A DNA stretch of 37,659 nt from Octopus bimaculoides (taxonomy: Eukaryota), in contig NC_068986.1 of the NCBI RefSeq assembly GCF_001194135.2, positions 39,722,303 through 39,759,961 on the forward strand, in the 5' to 3' direction. Shown here piece after piece: positions 1 through 12,161 of the stretch. The first letter of the stretch is position 1; each line of letters opens with the position of its first letter. The notes below the pieces were generated by a model. That model had not been told where the DNA came from. It ran no database searches and saw only the letters and a program-made list of their open reading frames with translations. Position numbers and translations under genes: made by a program.

Positions 1-748
1 TCATTCAAGCATTCTTTCCCATAAACTGAGTATATGTTTCGAGTCGCTTCGGCTGCAGAGTTTCCTTTTTTGTACTCATAAAGCATTATGTACCTCAAAT
101 GTTCTTTGGATACTTCTATATTAGAAAGGGTTTTAATCAAAGAAATTTTAATTCTATTATTCTGTAAAATAATATTTAATTAGTTTAAATGTACACAAAT
201 GCATAAAAACAATTTTTAATTACTTTAGACATTCTAAAATATTATTAAATTTCATTCAATTTTAAAAAGGTAAAATCGGACAGAACTGTTATGTCACCTG
301 AAGAAATGAATCAATGATGGTGATCAATTGGATGCCCACGGATACTCTGCACTTCATTGTAATCATCCCAGGAACACGGACTATGATCTTAAGAGTTATG
401 TGACTTGTGGAAACGCGCGTAGCGATGCATTAACTATTCATAAATTCCATCCTAGGATTAGTGTTGTCATTGTTATAATAATAATAATAATAATAATATA
501 TATATATATATATATATATATGTTTATGTAATATACAAACATATATAGCCAATATAAGGTGAAAACATATTTACAAAATTTTCACTAATCACTGTTTCGT
601 AACCTACGCTGAATACGCGAGCGCACACGCATGCACACACACATACACATACATATATGCACACGTATATACATATATACATACATGTACAAATTTACAC
701 ATACATCATGTATATTTACATATATGTATATATATATATATATATATA

Positions 749-1610
749 NNNNNNNNNNNNNNNNNNNNNNNNNNNNNNNNNNNNNNNNNNNNNNNNNNNN
801 NNNNNNNNNNNNNNNNNNNNNNNNNNNNNNNNNNNNNNNNNNNNNNNNNNNNNNNNNNNNNNNNNNNNNNNNNNNNNNNNNNNNNNNNNNNNNNNNNNNN
901 NNNNNNNNNNNNNNNNNNNNNNNNNNNNNNNNNNNNNNNNNNNNNNNNNNNNNNNNNNNNNNNNNNNNNNNNNNNNNNNNNNNNNNNNNNNNNNNNNNNN
1001 NNNNNNNNNNNNNNNNNNNNNNNNNNNNNNNNNNNNNNNNNNNNNNNNNNNNNNNNNNNNNNNNNNNNNNNNNNNNNNNNNNNNNNNNNNNNNNNNNNNN
1101 NNNNNNNNNNNNNNNNNNNNNNNNNNNNNNNNNNNNNNNNNNNNNNNNNNNNNNNNNNNNNNNNNNNNNNNNNNNNNNNNNNNNNNNNNNNNNNNNNNNN
1201 NNNNNNNNNNNNNNNNNNNNNNNNNNNNNNNNNNNNNNNNNNNNNNNNNNNNNNNNNNNNNNNNNNNNNNNNNNNNNNNNNNNNNNNNNNNNNNNNNNNN
1301 NNNNNNNNNNNNNNNNNNNNNNNNNNNNNNNNNNNNNNNNNNNNNNNNNNNNNNNNNNNNNNNNNNNNNNNNNNNNNNNNNNNNNNNNNNNNNNNNNNNN
1401 NNNNNNNNNNNNNNNNNNNNNNNNNNNNNNNNNNNNNNNNNNNNNNNNNNNNNNNNNNNNNNNNNNNNNNNNNNNNNNNNNNNNNNNNNNNNNNNNNNNN
1501 NNNNNNNNNNNNNNNNNNNNNNNNNNNNNNNNNNNNNNNNNNNNNNNNNNNNNNNNNNNNNNNNNNNNNNNNNNNNNNNNNNNNNNNNNNNNNNNNNNNN
1601 NNNNNNNNNN
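749..1610. other. Assembly gap (N run); other gaps at 5909-5918, 10061-10445, 22536-22545, 26281-26813, 27764-27904, 33142-33151
   Basis: N runs, nearly all abutting simple repeats. The long ORFs spanning them are artefacts. Confidence 0.99.
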
Positions 1611-1670
1611 CTTCCTCCTCCTCCTCTTTTTCTTCTTCTTCTTCTTCTTCTTGTTCTTCTTCTTCTTCTT

Positions 1671-1728
<58 letters not shown>

Positions 1729-1729
1729 A
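1611..1729. repeat. Compound trinucleotide microsatellite (CCT)n(CTT)n(CTA)n
   Basis: Read directly from the sequence. Confidence 0.97.
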
Positions 1730-2075
1730 GTGACTTCTGCCCGTCGGTGCTGGCTGTTCGCATAACACACTCGTCAAGCCGTTCCGACCCGTATCTTCTT
1801 TCCTCGCAATAAACACATTGCGCGTCTGTCCCCCAATAGATCCTGTACCAACTATTATGATCAACTTCCTTCTCGGAACGTCCAGCCACTTGGATTTCTA
1901 CTTCTCTCTGTCTTTCTTTCTTTTGTAGTTGTCCTTTTGTAATTGTTGAAAAATAACATCAACCATGGGATTTTATCGGTTTCGAAAAGCTTGCTATGTG
2001 TGCACAACCTTTTCTTCCAATGAAAACCATTAAAAAAGAAAAAATAAATCTCAATATTTTCATTTAAAATATATA

Positions 2076-2201
2076 TCATTTATTTGTTTCAGTCATTGGA
2101 TTACGGTCATGCTGGTGCACCGGCTCTGAAGGGTTTAGTCGAACAAATCGACCCCAGTACTTTTCTTTGTTTTTTTCATCATCATCATTGCCCTCATCAT
2201 T

Positions 2202-2240
<39 letters not shown>

Positions 2241-2428
2241 GTTACCACCACCACCACCACTGCCATCGTCGTCGCCTTCTTCTTCTTCTTCTTTGAAGTC
2301 TGGCACTTATTCTATGTTATGGGGACGTAAACAAACTGACACCGGTAGTTAAGCGGTGGTGGAGGATAAGCACACGCACATACACACACACGCACACGCA
2401 CACACACACACACTCACACACACACACA
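2076..2428 (-). mobile_element. SINE family D, 3' half, interrupted by a compound microsatellite (about 2161-2295)
   Basis: aaatcgaccccagtact...aagtctggcacttattctat...ggggacgtaaacaaac...accggt matches 16628-16750, followed by the family's internal (CA)n. Confidence 0.8.
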
Positions 2429-3093
2429 TGGTTAGTTTAACAAAAGGTAAATAACAGATATTAACAATGAAAATGTATCTAGATATATGAATAAACAAAA
2501 ATACTGACGCAGAGCACTTGTGCACGTGCCGTTAGCATAACGAACAACAACACCAACAAAAACAGTATAAATAGCAATAATAATAATCCTTTCTTTGTTA
2601 ATTATTATTATGTTTTTGTTGTTATTATTATTATTATTATTATTATGGCTACTAAAAGAAATGCTGATTACAACCTTCTTTAATGTCTTAATTATCAATA
2701 CCATACGCTAACAGTATCTTTTTCAATTCACCTCAACTATTGAAAATAAAAAAATAAAGAAAAAAAAACTTCACCGATCACTCATTAATCAGTATCCCTG
2801 ATCGGGTGAAAGACATTTTCAGAAATCAATAACCGCTAAATTATTCTACCTTTCATGAAGTCTGTCTGGATATTTTCAGTAATACTGTTACAGGAATATT
2901 TTCAATAATGTATTATTGACGGACTATTTATTAGAACGAGACACAAACTAAGATAAATGTGTGCCGAACTGGAAGTATTTCTTTCTTTATTGCTCTTAAT
3001 CTTAACCCTTTTATTTTTTTATATTCTGTGTCATTTTTATCGATAAAAACATGACATTTGCCTTATCGATATTTAACGGCAACAGCTATTTTA

Positions 3094-3095
<2 letters not shown>

Positions 3096-3152
<57 letters not shown>
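3096..3152. repeat. (CT)n microsatellite
   Basis: Perfect dinucleotide run. Confidence 0.98.
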
Positions 3153-3156
<4 letters not shown>

Positions 3157-4078
3157 TTGCTGCTGTCGTCAATTGCTGCATGGAGTAAACAGTCGCCATT
3201 TGCATGGCAAGTAGTCGTTAGGTTTTAAGCTTACGAAAATGGAATGTAAATGACCCTTAAGACACTTATATCGGTTCTGGAGAGGACGCCAGCTTATTTC
3301 AGGTAACATTCTTAACCTGGCATCTTGGTTGTCTTCCGCGGAATTTACTCTGCTGCAAGGGGTTTCGTAACAGATTTGAGAATAATTTTCTCCTTTACTC
3401 CCCATCCACCACTCTTGGAGTTCATGAAAAAAGCCATAATTACTGTTCTTCTTTCTCTGAGCCGTTAAGAAACAAAACAAGACAAAACAATTCAGTGAAT
3501 AGAGATGACGTATAATTACGAATCCTACCTTGAAACAAAAATATCCCACATGTAATATGAAATCACAAAATAGATTAGGTGGTTCTGTATGCGATTAGTT
3601 ATGGTTTCATTGCGTTAAATGGATGGGAAGACATCCTTTCCTTCGATTTCTTATGGCAGGGATCTCCAACAACTGTACCTGGTCGTGCATCATTTGTTAC
3701 CAGGCCACACAAAAAGAATAAATTTTAAAATTTCATTTCTCTTTTATTGACTGTTGCAGTCTACAGGGTGTTTTGGCATTATATATATGTATTATATTTG
3801 TAATATATATGCGTTATATATGTAATAATTAAATGGTATATTATGCACTTTATTGTGTTTTGTTAAGCGCATGATAACGCCGGTCTGTGGAAAAATGTCT
3901 TGCACGAAACCGGCCTTTGGTGCAAAAGGAAGGTTGGGACTACTGTCTTCTACGGTACCATTCTATCTCAGATAGCATCCCCAGATTATAATCACCATTC
4001 CTGAAAGTGAAATAAATCTGAGGTGCATAAATTTCAGTATACTTTTCTGATATACAACGAAAAGTTTGGCGGAACCAA

Positions 4079-4343
4079 TTGAGAAGGTTCAGCAAATGGT
4101 CATGGAAAACCGTCGTGTAACAATCCAGGAAATTGCTCACAAAGTGGGAATAAGCACAGGATCTGTGCATTCCATTTTAACGGAGGATTGTGCATGCCGA
4201 GAGTAAAATTCGTCTCTAGGATGCTGGCGAAGAAGCAGAAATAACTTCGCATGGAAATCGCTTAGAGCATGTTGGAGTGTGCAAACCACGACCCAGACTT
4301 CCTGAGGAGCATCTTCACTGGTGTTGAGACATGGGTTTATGGT
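4079..4343 (+). mobile_element. Mariner transposase fragment (pseudogenised)
   Basis: Translation IEKVQQMVMENRRVTIQEIAHKVGISTGSVHSILTED..KFVSRML..DPDFLRSIFTGVETWVYG fits the mariner HTH, WVPR-equivalent and first catalytic D region. It has stops, a frameshift and D->V. Confidence 0.9.
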
Positions 4344-4574
4344 CTCTGCTCGATGCATTCGGTCATCTTGTGTGGAAACGAAAATCTGACTAGCGCGCAC
4401 TACACGACTGTACTCCAGGCGTAACAGTCAGGAAGGGACGCGGCCTACTGGCGTGAAAATTTTCGCATATGCGTAGGAAGGGTGGCATCACCTCTCATTG
4501 AAAGGCTTTTGCACACGTGACATTAGCTTTGGCGGGAAAATGAAGTTGGATAGTTTTTGAACGCTCTCCTTATA
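4344..4574 (-). mobile_element. Mariner 5' end (TIR, 5' UTR, first codons), inverted relative to the adjacent fragment
   Basis: Reverse complement starts tataaggagagcgttcaaaaactatccaac (mariner-like TIR with TA) and ends atg acc gaa tgc atc gag cag aga = MTECIEQR, a typical mariner N-terminus. Confidence 0.75.
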
Positions 4575-5613
4575 ACTTACGTTAATAAAACATGTCCAGA
4601 GTTGTCACTGTACTTAACAACGATCAGAAACGCTTCTCGATTGCATGTCCCCAATCAATTATTAATCAGTTTGGAATTCGGAGTCATAGCTTTTACATTT
4701 CTTAACAAGAATTATCAAGGTTAATTATTTTTCGTTTCGTTGCGGCTCTAATTATAATTGAATAGAATTTTGTTTTGATGCACAACATTAGGTATCTTAT
4801 TCCCCGCTTAACTGTATGTTCTTCATGTAGAAGGCGCCACTGGAAAATATTCCCGTATGAAAGAGCCTTTTTATAAACAATATTTCTGGTATTTCCTTCA
4901 AATGCAAAATAGTCTAAATATTTTTATTACCTAAATGTAAGCATCCCACACGATGTTTTCCATCAGAAAAGTAAGCTATAGTATCAAATTCAGTTTTCAA
5001 TGCGTCATTCCATTTTACCATTTTACTTTATGCGTGTGTATCTGAAAGATAAGTGGGGATGCTTTTCTATTTAAGTTAGAAACCTGAAGACATAGCAGGT
5101 TTTTCTTTTCTTTTTTCTTTTCTTTTACTTTTTCCTTGTAAATATATATATTTGGTATAACCCCGAAAATGTCATAAGGGTTCTATTTTGAGGGACGGAG
5201 GTTTCTTTTTTTAGCATCTAGTTCTATTGACATGGACGAGGAAGCGAAACATTCTAGAAAGTAATTTCAATGCAACAGATCCAAGCTTTTATTCACCCTT
5301 ACCTCTTTCAATTCTATGTCAAAACTGCCAAGTCAGATAGTTTGTTGATATTCCAGATATATATTTGATAGCTTTCACAGAACCGCAACACTAAGTATTG
5401 AAGCGTTGGTCTTAAACATTTTGCACTCGACAGAAAATATTAATTCTAATTTCAAGCTTAAATTGGAATCTTGTTTTCAGAGCCACTATCTTAAAGGATG
5501 TTAATTTTAATTAAGATGATGAGATCTAACGTCAACTTTATTAACATAAATTACTTTCCTAAGCTTCATTGTTTTGTAATGGAATAAATCTTTTTTTTTA
5601 TATCTTTTACTTG

Positions 5614-5860
5614 CAGGTTTTTAAGTCAAACAAATCAACTGACATTACCTAATATTCTAAAATATTATACAACAAATTAATCTTGACACTTTAAAAAGAA
5701 TTTTAATAACAATATGTCTAAATATATAATATACAAGAATTAGCATAAGTACATTTTGTAAAACATGGTACTTATTCTATCGGTTTCCAAACCACTAGAT
5801 AACGGGGGCATAAACAAACCAATATCGGTTATCAAGGTGTAGTGGGAGATAAACACCATA
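5614..5860 (-). mobile_element. SINE family D, 3' half, with an AT-rich insertion of about 120 bp
   Basis: gtcaaacaaatcaac...ggtacttattctatcggt...gggcataaacaaaccaatatcggttatcaag is similar to 2130-2370 and 16628-16750. Confidence 0.65.
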
Positions 5861-5884
5861 CTAACACAAATACATACTCACATA

Positions 5885-6105
5885 CAAATATATATATATA
5901 TATATATANNNNNNNNNNGTATGTATGTATGTATGTATGTATGTATGTATATATATATACACACACACAGATGCATACATTCATACATACATGTATGTGT
6001 ATGTATATCTATCTATCTGTCTGTCTGTCTATCTATATATTTATCTATCTATATAAATACATATACACACACACGTGTGTTGTGTGTGTGTGTGTGTCTG
6101 TGTGT
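5885..6105. repeat. Mixed (TA)/(TATG)/(CA)/(TCTA)/(GT) microsatellites
   Basis: Read directly from the sequence. Confidence 0.95.
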
Positions 6106-6479
6106 ATTAGTTATTAGTGAGGGATGTAGTGTTAGTTCCGAATAGTAAATCTGTTTATCCTATTTAACGTTGATATACATTTTCGTACGCTATTGATATT
6201 TCTGTACTTTTTAACACTATAGTCTATATGAGATGCTGTCTCAAGACGAATACCGCAGTATTATGGTGTTCTAATATTGCTTCCTTTGCTAATAGCTAAT
6301 TTTTACCCAGGCCATCAGCTATTTGCGACATCAGTGGCTGACTAGTCACTGTTTTTCTACATAAGTGTTGAGATGAAGTTTTGATAGCATACGCTAATAG
6401 TGAACACCTGCTGATGATGACGCGCTGACATGCAGAAAGCATGTGATCTAACAGTTCCACAACTGATGTTGAACATCTT

Positions 6480-6635
6480 TTGTGCTTTTTACCATTATAC
6501 GTCTACACGATTTACTTTCTGGGTTCAGTCCCACTGCGTGGCACATTGGGCAGGTGTTTTCTACTATAACCTCGAGCCGACCAAAGCCTTGTGAGTGGAT
6601 TTGGTAAGCGGAAATTGAAAGAAGCCTGTCGTATA
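6480..6635 (+). mobile_element. SINE family D, 5' half
   Basis: gggttcagtcccactgcgtggcac..ttctactata..gaccaaagccttgtgagtggatttggta..gaaagaagcctgtcgtatata is the reverse complement of 16870-16985. Confidence 0.85.
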
Positions 6636-7242
6636 TATGTATATATATAAAGTTAAAACTTACATGCAAGGATGACGCGTGCGTTCGATCATGTAATAAT
6701 ACAAATGATATGTGAGTATATGCATATATACGTACATGTATGTACTTACCTACATCTACATGTATATATAGATGCATATCTGGGTACAAGACATCACAAG
6801 AAAACGTGGGCAAAATGGGGAACAGAACATAAACAGAGCACAGAAAACACACAGGCCACATAGAGAACATTTCCTTCATCAGCTGCCACCATTCTAAAAC
6901 TAAGCGTTTCGAAGAGTTAGGGCAGGACGCATTGTTAGAATGGCTCTTCCTGCGGAAACAAATTAAATTTGTAACGCGGAGGAATATAGTGGCGAACAGA
7001 AAACACAACAGGAAAACGAAACAGTGAAAATAAACAAGAAGGGCTATGAGGCCAGACGTGAAAAAAATATATATGTATACGGAACGCTGTGATGTGACGA
7101 ACTTAAAGGAAGAGAGAAGAAGAAAGTTCGTGCGAGCTTGGCAATAGCCACGATAAGAAAGGACGTAGTAGCCGGACACATGTGACCAGCGAGGGGTAAG
7201 GAGAAAGACTGGTAAGACGATTGGAGAAAGAGTGGTAAGACG

Positions 7243-7408
7243 ATTGCATCGATCCCAATTTTCAACTGGTACTTCTTTTATCGATCCCGAAAGGATGAAA
7301 GACAAAGTCGACTTCGGTGGAATTTGAACTCAGAACGAAAAGACGGAAGAAATACCGCTGCTAAGCATTTCGCCCGGCATGCTAACGATTCTGCCAGTTC
7401 GCTGCCTT
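7243..7408 (-). mobile_element. SINE family A (tRNA-derived), 3'-truncated
   Basis: Reverse complement matches 12386-12545 (gagctggcagaatcgttagcatg...gttcaaattcc...catcctttcggg). Confidence 0.9.
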
Positions 7409-7499
7409 ACACATTATTGCATGTTTTTTTTTCTGACACATTTTGCTACTTCATTTGGCATCCAATCAAGAATATTATAAGTACATCTAGGGCAGCTAG

Positions 7500-8860
7500 A
7501 GTATTGATTGTCCTTTCGTAGTATTTGTATCCGAGTCCTGTCTGGTATATTATTGTCTGCTAAGGGTGTTAGAGCCAGATGGCTGTGAAGTGGGGAGAGG
7601 GAAGGATTCTTTTGGAACATTCCTCTTCCAATGGGGATAATGTTAGTATCTATAATTCTCTCGTTTGTTCTAATTTGTTTGCCACATACCCATGAGGTAA
7701 CGCATTCGTTTATCATTGGTGCTCTTTTACTGACGGATAGTATCTCCAGAAACCAGTCGTGGAGAACATTGTCAAAGACTCTGGTTGACAATACATGCAA
7801 TGATCAAATGGTTCTTTCTCCTTCTACAGATTTCGATTATGGCTTTATTGATAAGTAATGAAATATTTCAATCATATAAGTCTTTGCAGGATCCTTTTTG
7901 GGGTTCTGGAAATTAATTATATTTTCCCCCCGAATGCGTATTATTTGTGATATTATTATAGTTAAGTTTTGCAAGCTATGTGGAGGCGCGTGGTTTAGTG
8001 GTTAGGGTGTCGGCACCATGATCGTAAGATTGTGGTTTCGATTCCTAGACCGGGCGACGCGTTGTGTTCTTGAGTAAAACACTTCGTTTCACGTTGCTCT
8101 AGTCCACTCAGCTGACAAAAATGAGTAACGCTGTGATGGACTGGCGTCCCGTTCAGCTGCGGAACACATACGCCATTGAAACCGTAAAACCGGGCCCATG
8201 AGCCTGGCTAGGCTTTAAAAGGGCGCACTTATTATTTTTTTTTTGCAGGCTATAAGAACATAGAACATGCTTCTATATATTTTAAAGTCTTTCGGAATCT
8301 TTTGAATTGAGGATTACGCTGGCTTACCCCCTACCATTCAGGCATTGAAAACCGGCTCTTTCACTATCTCAAACATTTCTTCTAGCAATCAATGTATCTT
8401 TGTTAAATAATTCAGTCAGAAGCTTGGGATATTTTCATGTTCTAGTGATTTGTTTATACATTATGAATATATTCTACATTAGCGCTGTTGTGTGTATATA
8501 TATATATACTCATAAGAGAAAGAAAAGAAAGACGCAACTGAATATCTGCAAGGCATAAGTTACATCCTCTTTCCGTTGATCTGACCTACCAAGATTGTCA
8601 AATGCAATATTCGTTGTTTTGAGTAATCTCGTCTGTGACGGGTCAATCAATGCCCACATTCATTTCTAGATATATTCTGTTTCCCTTGTCCTTGGTGCTG
8701 TCTCCGTTTTTATTTCACTTTTACCCATTTTTTAAATGAAGTCATTTTGGATTAAAGTTGCGCTGTTCGATATATTCAAAAAGTCACTGTCACTTCGAGG
8801 TCGACAAATTCGTTGCGTTTAGAATTTCTGGTCAGAAGCACTGTTTGATTTTGCTTTGAG
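7500..8860 (-). mobile_element. Decayed R4/Dong-type non-LTR retrotransposon RT region (element e), split by a SINE
   Basis: Manual translation gives IPSF*LNYL, IVKEP..MPEW, PQKGSCK..LLINKAIIEICRRRKNHL, RVFDNVLHDWFLEIL (KAFDSVPH motif), IGRGMFQKNPSLSPL (RGIFQGDSLSP motif) and GYKYYERTIN. The extension beyond about 8470 is weaker. Confidence 0.75.
7982..8240 (+). mobile_element. SINE family B (tRNA-derived), full length, with 13-bp TSD
   Basis: Pol III A box tggtttagtgg and B box ggtttcgattcc, T-rich tail. TSD ttttgcaagctat (7967-7979) / ttttgcaggctat (8241-8253), 1 mismatch. Confidence 0.92.
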
Positions 8861-8893
8861 TAATTCTTTTTGGCTGTCGTACTACCGTTGTAC

Positions 8894-8894
8894 T

Positions 8895-8935
<41 letters not shown>

Positions 8936-8970
8936 TTGTCTGTCTGTCTGTCTGTCTCCCCCCTCTCTCT
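8894..8970. repeat. (CT)n/(CTGT)n microsatellite
   Basis: Read directly from the sequence. Confidence 0.95.
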
Positions 8971-9142
8971 CCCTTTTAAGTTGTTTTTCGCTTTGGTTAT
9001 TGATTTTATTAAACATTGAGATATCTTTTCACTTAATTCATATCTTTTTTTTTTCTATTCGGTTGTTTTTCGCGTTGTTTCTATGTATGAATTTTCGATA
9101 TTTCTTTATGAATAGATTCTTGTTGTTGTTGTTGTTGTTATT

Positions 9143-9511
9143 ATTATTCTGCGCACATAAGCAAAAGCAGGGTATTGTAATCACACGTCTTTGTCTGTTT
9201 GTCTCTGAGTTTGTAAAATTACTGGAAAACAGCTGAACGGATTTTCACCACATTTGGCAGAAATACTTATTTGGTGAGTGGCTCGAAATGATGAACATTT
9301 GGTTTGATTATCTTAAAAAACAAATAACTAACAAAAAATCGAACTTACAAATTTCGCGATTAGCAAGTAGCCATAATGTTTTGTTCACTTTCTACCCTCA
9401 TCTACGTGTGTATAGATCATGGTGTACCTACGTGCGTAGACACATGTGCGTACATACATGCATATGCGACTTTGTGTGTGTGTGTGTGTGCGTGTGCGCG
9501 TGTGTGTGTGT

Positions 9512-9553
<42 letters not shown>

Positions 9554-9991
9554 TTGTGTGTACAGTGTCGAGTTCGAGAGTTTCGTTTATTTACGACTTG
9601 ATTTTTTAATTTCACCTGAATATAAAAAACAATTTTAATCGAACTTACAAATTTCCCGATAAGCAAGATGTCATATTATTTTGTGCACTTTCTTCTTCAT
9701 ATGAATCGACCCTCGTCTGCATGTGAATAGATCATGGTATACCTACGTGCATAGATATGTGTGCGTACATACGTTCATACATACATACATACATACATAT
9801 GCGACTGTGTGTGTGTGTGTGTCCGTGCGCAATGATGGATTCGATGGTTTCATTTATTTACGAGTTGATTTTTTAATTTTCCCGGAGTATAAATACCTAT
9901 AACGGGTAAGCAACAAATTATAAGCCATGCTATAATTTGCGAAAAAAATTATCTGTGCGCAGAGTATGCATCACCCCTCCGATGCCTTTTT

Positions 9992-9992
<1 letters not shown>
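9143..9992 (+). mobile_element. Non-autonomous Helentron/DINE-1-like element (HINE) with internal tandem duplication
   Basis: Perfect 10-bp subterminal inverted repeat tctgcgcaca (9148-9157) / tgtgcgcaga (9954-9963), 3' hairpin gcatc-N8-gatgc (9968-9985) then a T run, GTCT-like motif near the 5' end, and a duplicated 300-bp unit (9337 vs 9637). Confidence 0.7.
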
Positions 9993-10031
<39 letters not shown>

Positions 10032-10060
10032 CCAGTAGTTTTATTTTTATAACGTGCTTT
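10032..10060 (-). mobile_element. 3' terminus of an RLE LINE copy (a') running into the N gap, flanked by (ATT)n at 9993-10030
   Basis: ccagtagttttatttttataacgtgcttt vs tcagtagttttatttttatagtgtgcttt at 10451-10479 (3 differences). Confidence 0.75.
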
Positions 10061-10450
10061 NNNNNNNNNNNNNNNNNNNNNNNNNNNNNNNNNNNNNNNN
10101 NNNNNNNNNNNNNNNNNNNNNNNNNNNNNNNNNNNNNNNNNNNNNNNNNNNNNNNNNNNNNNNNNNNNNNNNNNNNNNNNNNNNNNNNNNNNNNNNNNNN
10201 NNNNNNNNNNNNNNNNNNNNNNNNNNNNNNNNNNNNNNNNNNNNNNNNNNNNNNNNNNNNNNNNNNNNNNNNNNNNNNNNNNNNNNNNNNNNNNNNNNNN
10301 NNNNNNNNNNNNNNNNNNNNNNNNNNNNNNNNNNNNNNNNNNNNNNNNNNNNNNNNNNNNNNNNNNNNNNNNNNNNNNNNNNNNNNNNNNNNNNNNNNNN
10401 NNNNNNNNNNNNNNNNNNNNNNNNNNNNNNNNNNNNNNNNNNNNNATTAT

Positions 10451-10666
10451 TCAGTAGTTTTATTTTTATAGTGTGCTTTCACTTCACTACCGAGCGCAGC
10501 TCTGTGTGCCTTGGGTATGTGCTGTGGTTTGCTGTGATGCTCTTATGGTTACTGTATTGAAAGCGTTTTGCGTAGGATGTGTGCAGTGCCTAGTAGTGCA
10601 ATTTTCTGTATGTTATGTATATTTGTAAGTCCTGGTGTTTTTGTTATGTATTTGTTTGAATATTTA
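10451..10666 (-). mobile_element. Short 5'-truncated RLE LINE (element a): ORF C-terminus plus 3' UTR
   Basis: KYSNKYITKTPGLTNIHNIQKIALLGTAHILRKTLSIQ* matches the C-terminal QK..LLGTA.ILR motif of R4-type elements. (TAA)n lies on both sides. Confidence 0.85.
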
Positions 10667-10673
10667 TTATTAC

Positions 10674-10750
<77 letters not shown>
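10664..10750. repeat. (ATT)n array separating elements a and b
   Basis: Read directly from the sequence. Confidence 0.98.
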
Positions 10751-10751
<1 letters not shown>

Positions 10752-12161
10752 GCATAAATGCACAACAGATTAGACTGCTGGAAAAGAAAAATTCCTTCTT
10801 CGGCTACAATAAGTAACTTTAGATGCCAAGGATCTTCCTAAGTATCCTAGCTGTTCCTACTTACACTGTTTTCTGGAGCTGTAATAAACTGGGTGTTATG
10901 CCTATTTCCTCTATTCGTGTGTTCCAATCTTTTGAGATAGTTCCTAATGCACCTATAACTACTGGAATACATTTTACCCGCACTTTTATAGTCTCTATAA
11001 TTCAATGGCTAGGTCTTGGTACTTTGATATTTTCTCTATAGTGCTCATATTGATTTTCTCATCATTTGGGACTATAAAGTCAATTATCTGGCACCTTCTA
11101 CTCTCTTTGTCTACTACTGCTAAATCAGGCCTTCTAGCTTCTATTACTCTATGAGTCTGAATGTTAAAGTCCCACAACATCTTATATTTTTTACTTTCTA
11201 GTACTTTACTAGGTTCCTGTTCATACCATTCATCAGTATGGTCAAATCCTAGCTTTCTACATACTCCTAGTGGATTACTCTCCCTAGGTTGTCATGTCTT
11301 TTCTTGTGTTTTTCTGCTCCAGCATGCTACATTCACTTATATATGAGTAACACCTCTTTTGATTTGCGTAACCTACATTGGGAATTTATTTGGTTTTTGT
11401 CTATCTTGGCTTCCATCCAGTTAGTCTTTAATGCTTGATCATGTGCTGCTACTAAGAAACTTTCTGTCTCCCTTTTCCGCCTTCCTTTCTTGCCAGTCAG
11501 ATAATTTTGATTCTTTTTTTCTGGTTTTTAATTTCATTTGGCTTTTTGGTTTCCCTATGTCCTATTGTTACTCAAGCAACTCTTAATAAACTTTCTTCAC
11601 TGTTACCTATATAGGAGTTTATATTTACTCCAGCTAACTCTACGCAGTTTTCTACTAATATTAACCCTTTTCCACCTTCCTTTCTAGGTAAGTATAATCT
11701 TGCTACTCCTGCCTTTGAGTGGAGTCCTTCATTCATATTGAATTTTTCCCTAGTCTTTCTGTCTAGCTTTGCTAATTCAGATTTTGTCCAATCTACAAAA
11801 GCTGTTGAGTATCTAAGTAATGATACTACCCAAGTATTTACAGCCTTCTCTAGATTCGGACCATTTAGCGTTGACTTTATTATCTTCCTCACCATTCTGA
11901 TGTACTCCTCCTCAATTATCGTTTTCATTTCTCATACCCCTAGATCCTTATAACTCTCTCCTTCTTTCAATGATTTTAATGTCTGGCTATCTAATAATTG
12001 GATACCCTCACTGTTAACTACCTGTCCCCTTTTCATGACTAATATTACACATTTATCCATGCCAAATTCCTATATCTTTGCTGAAGAATTTTATAGTCTG
12101 TATTAAGGAATGTTTTTGACTCTTACAAAAAAGCTTCAGATCATGCATGTAGAGCAAATAG

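Noticed and set aside
3169-3549. 126-aa minus-strand ORF with a possible acceptor near 3466, and a + strand donor at 3302
   Set aside because: No recognisable domain, conflicting strands, and no way to link the pieces without transcript data.
6448-7305. 285-aa minus-strand ORF, the longest gap-free ORF
   Set aside because: Low-complexity F/L/V/Y-rich product read through SINE pieces and TA/CA repeats; not protein-like.
7982-8060. tRNA-like heads (also 12386, 14430-14498, 16960-17028, 23215-23284)
   Set aside because: They have A/B boxes but continue into SINE bodies found in several copies; no convincing cloverleaf gene.
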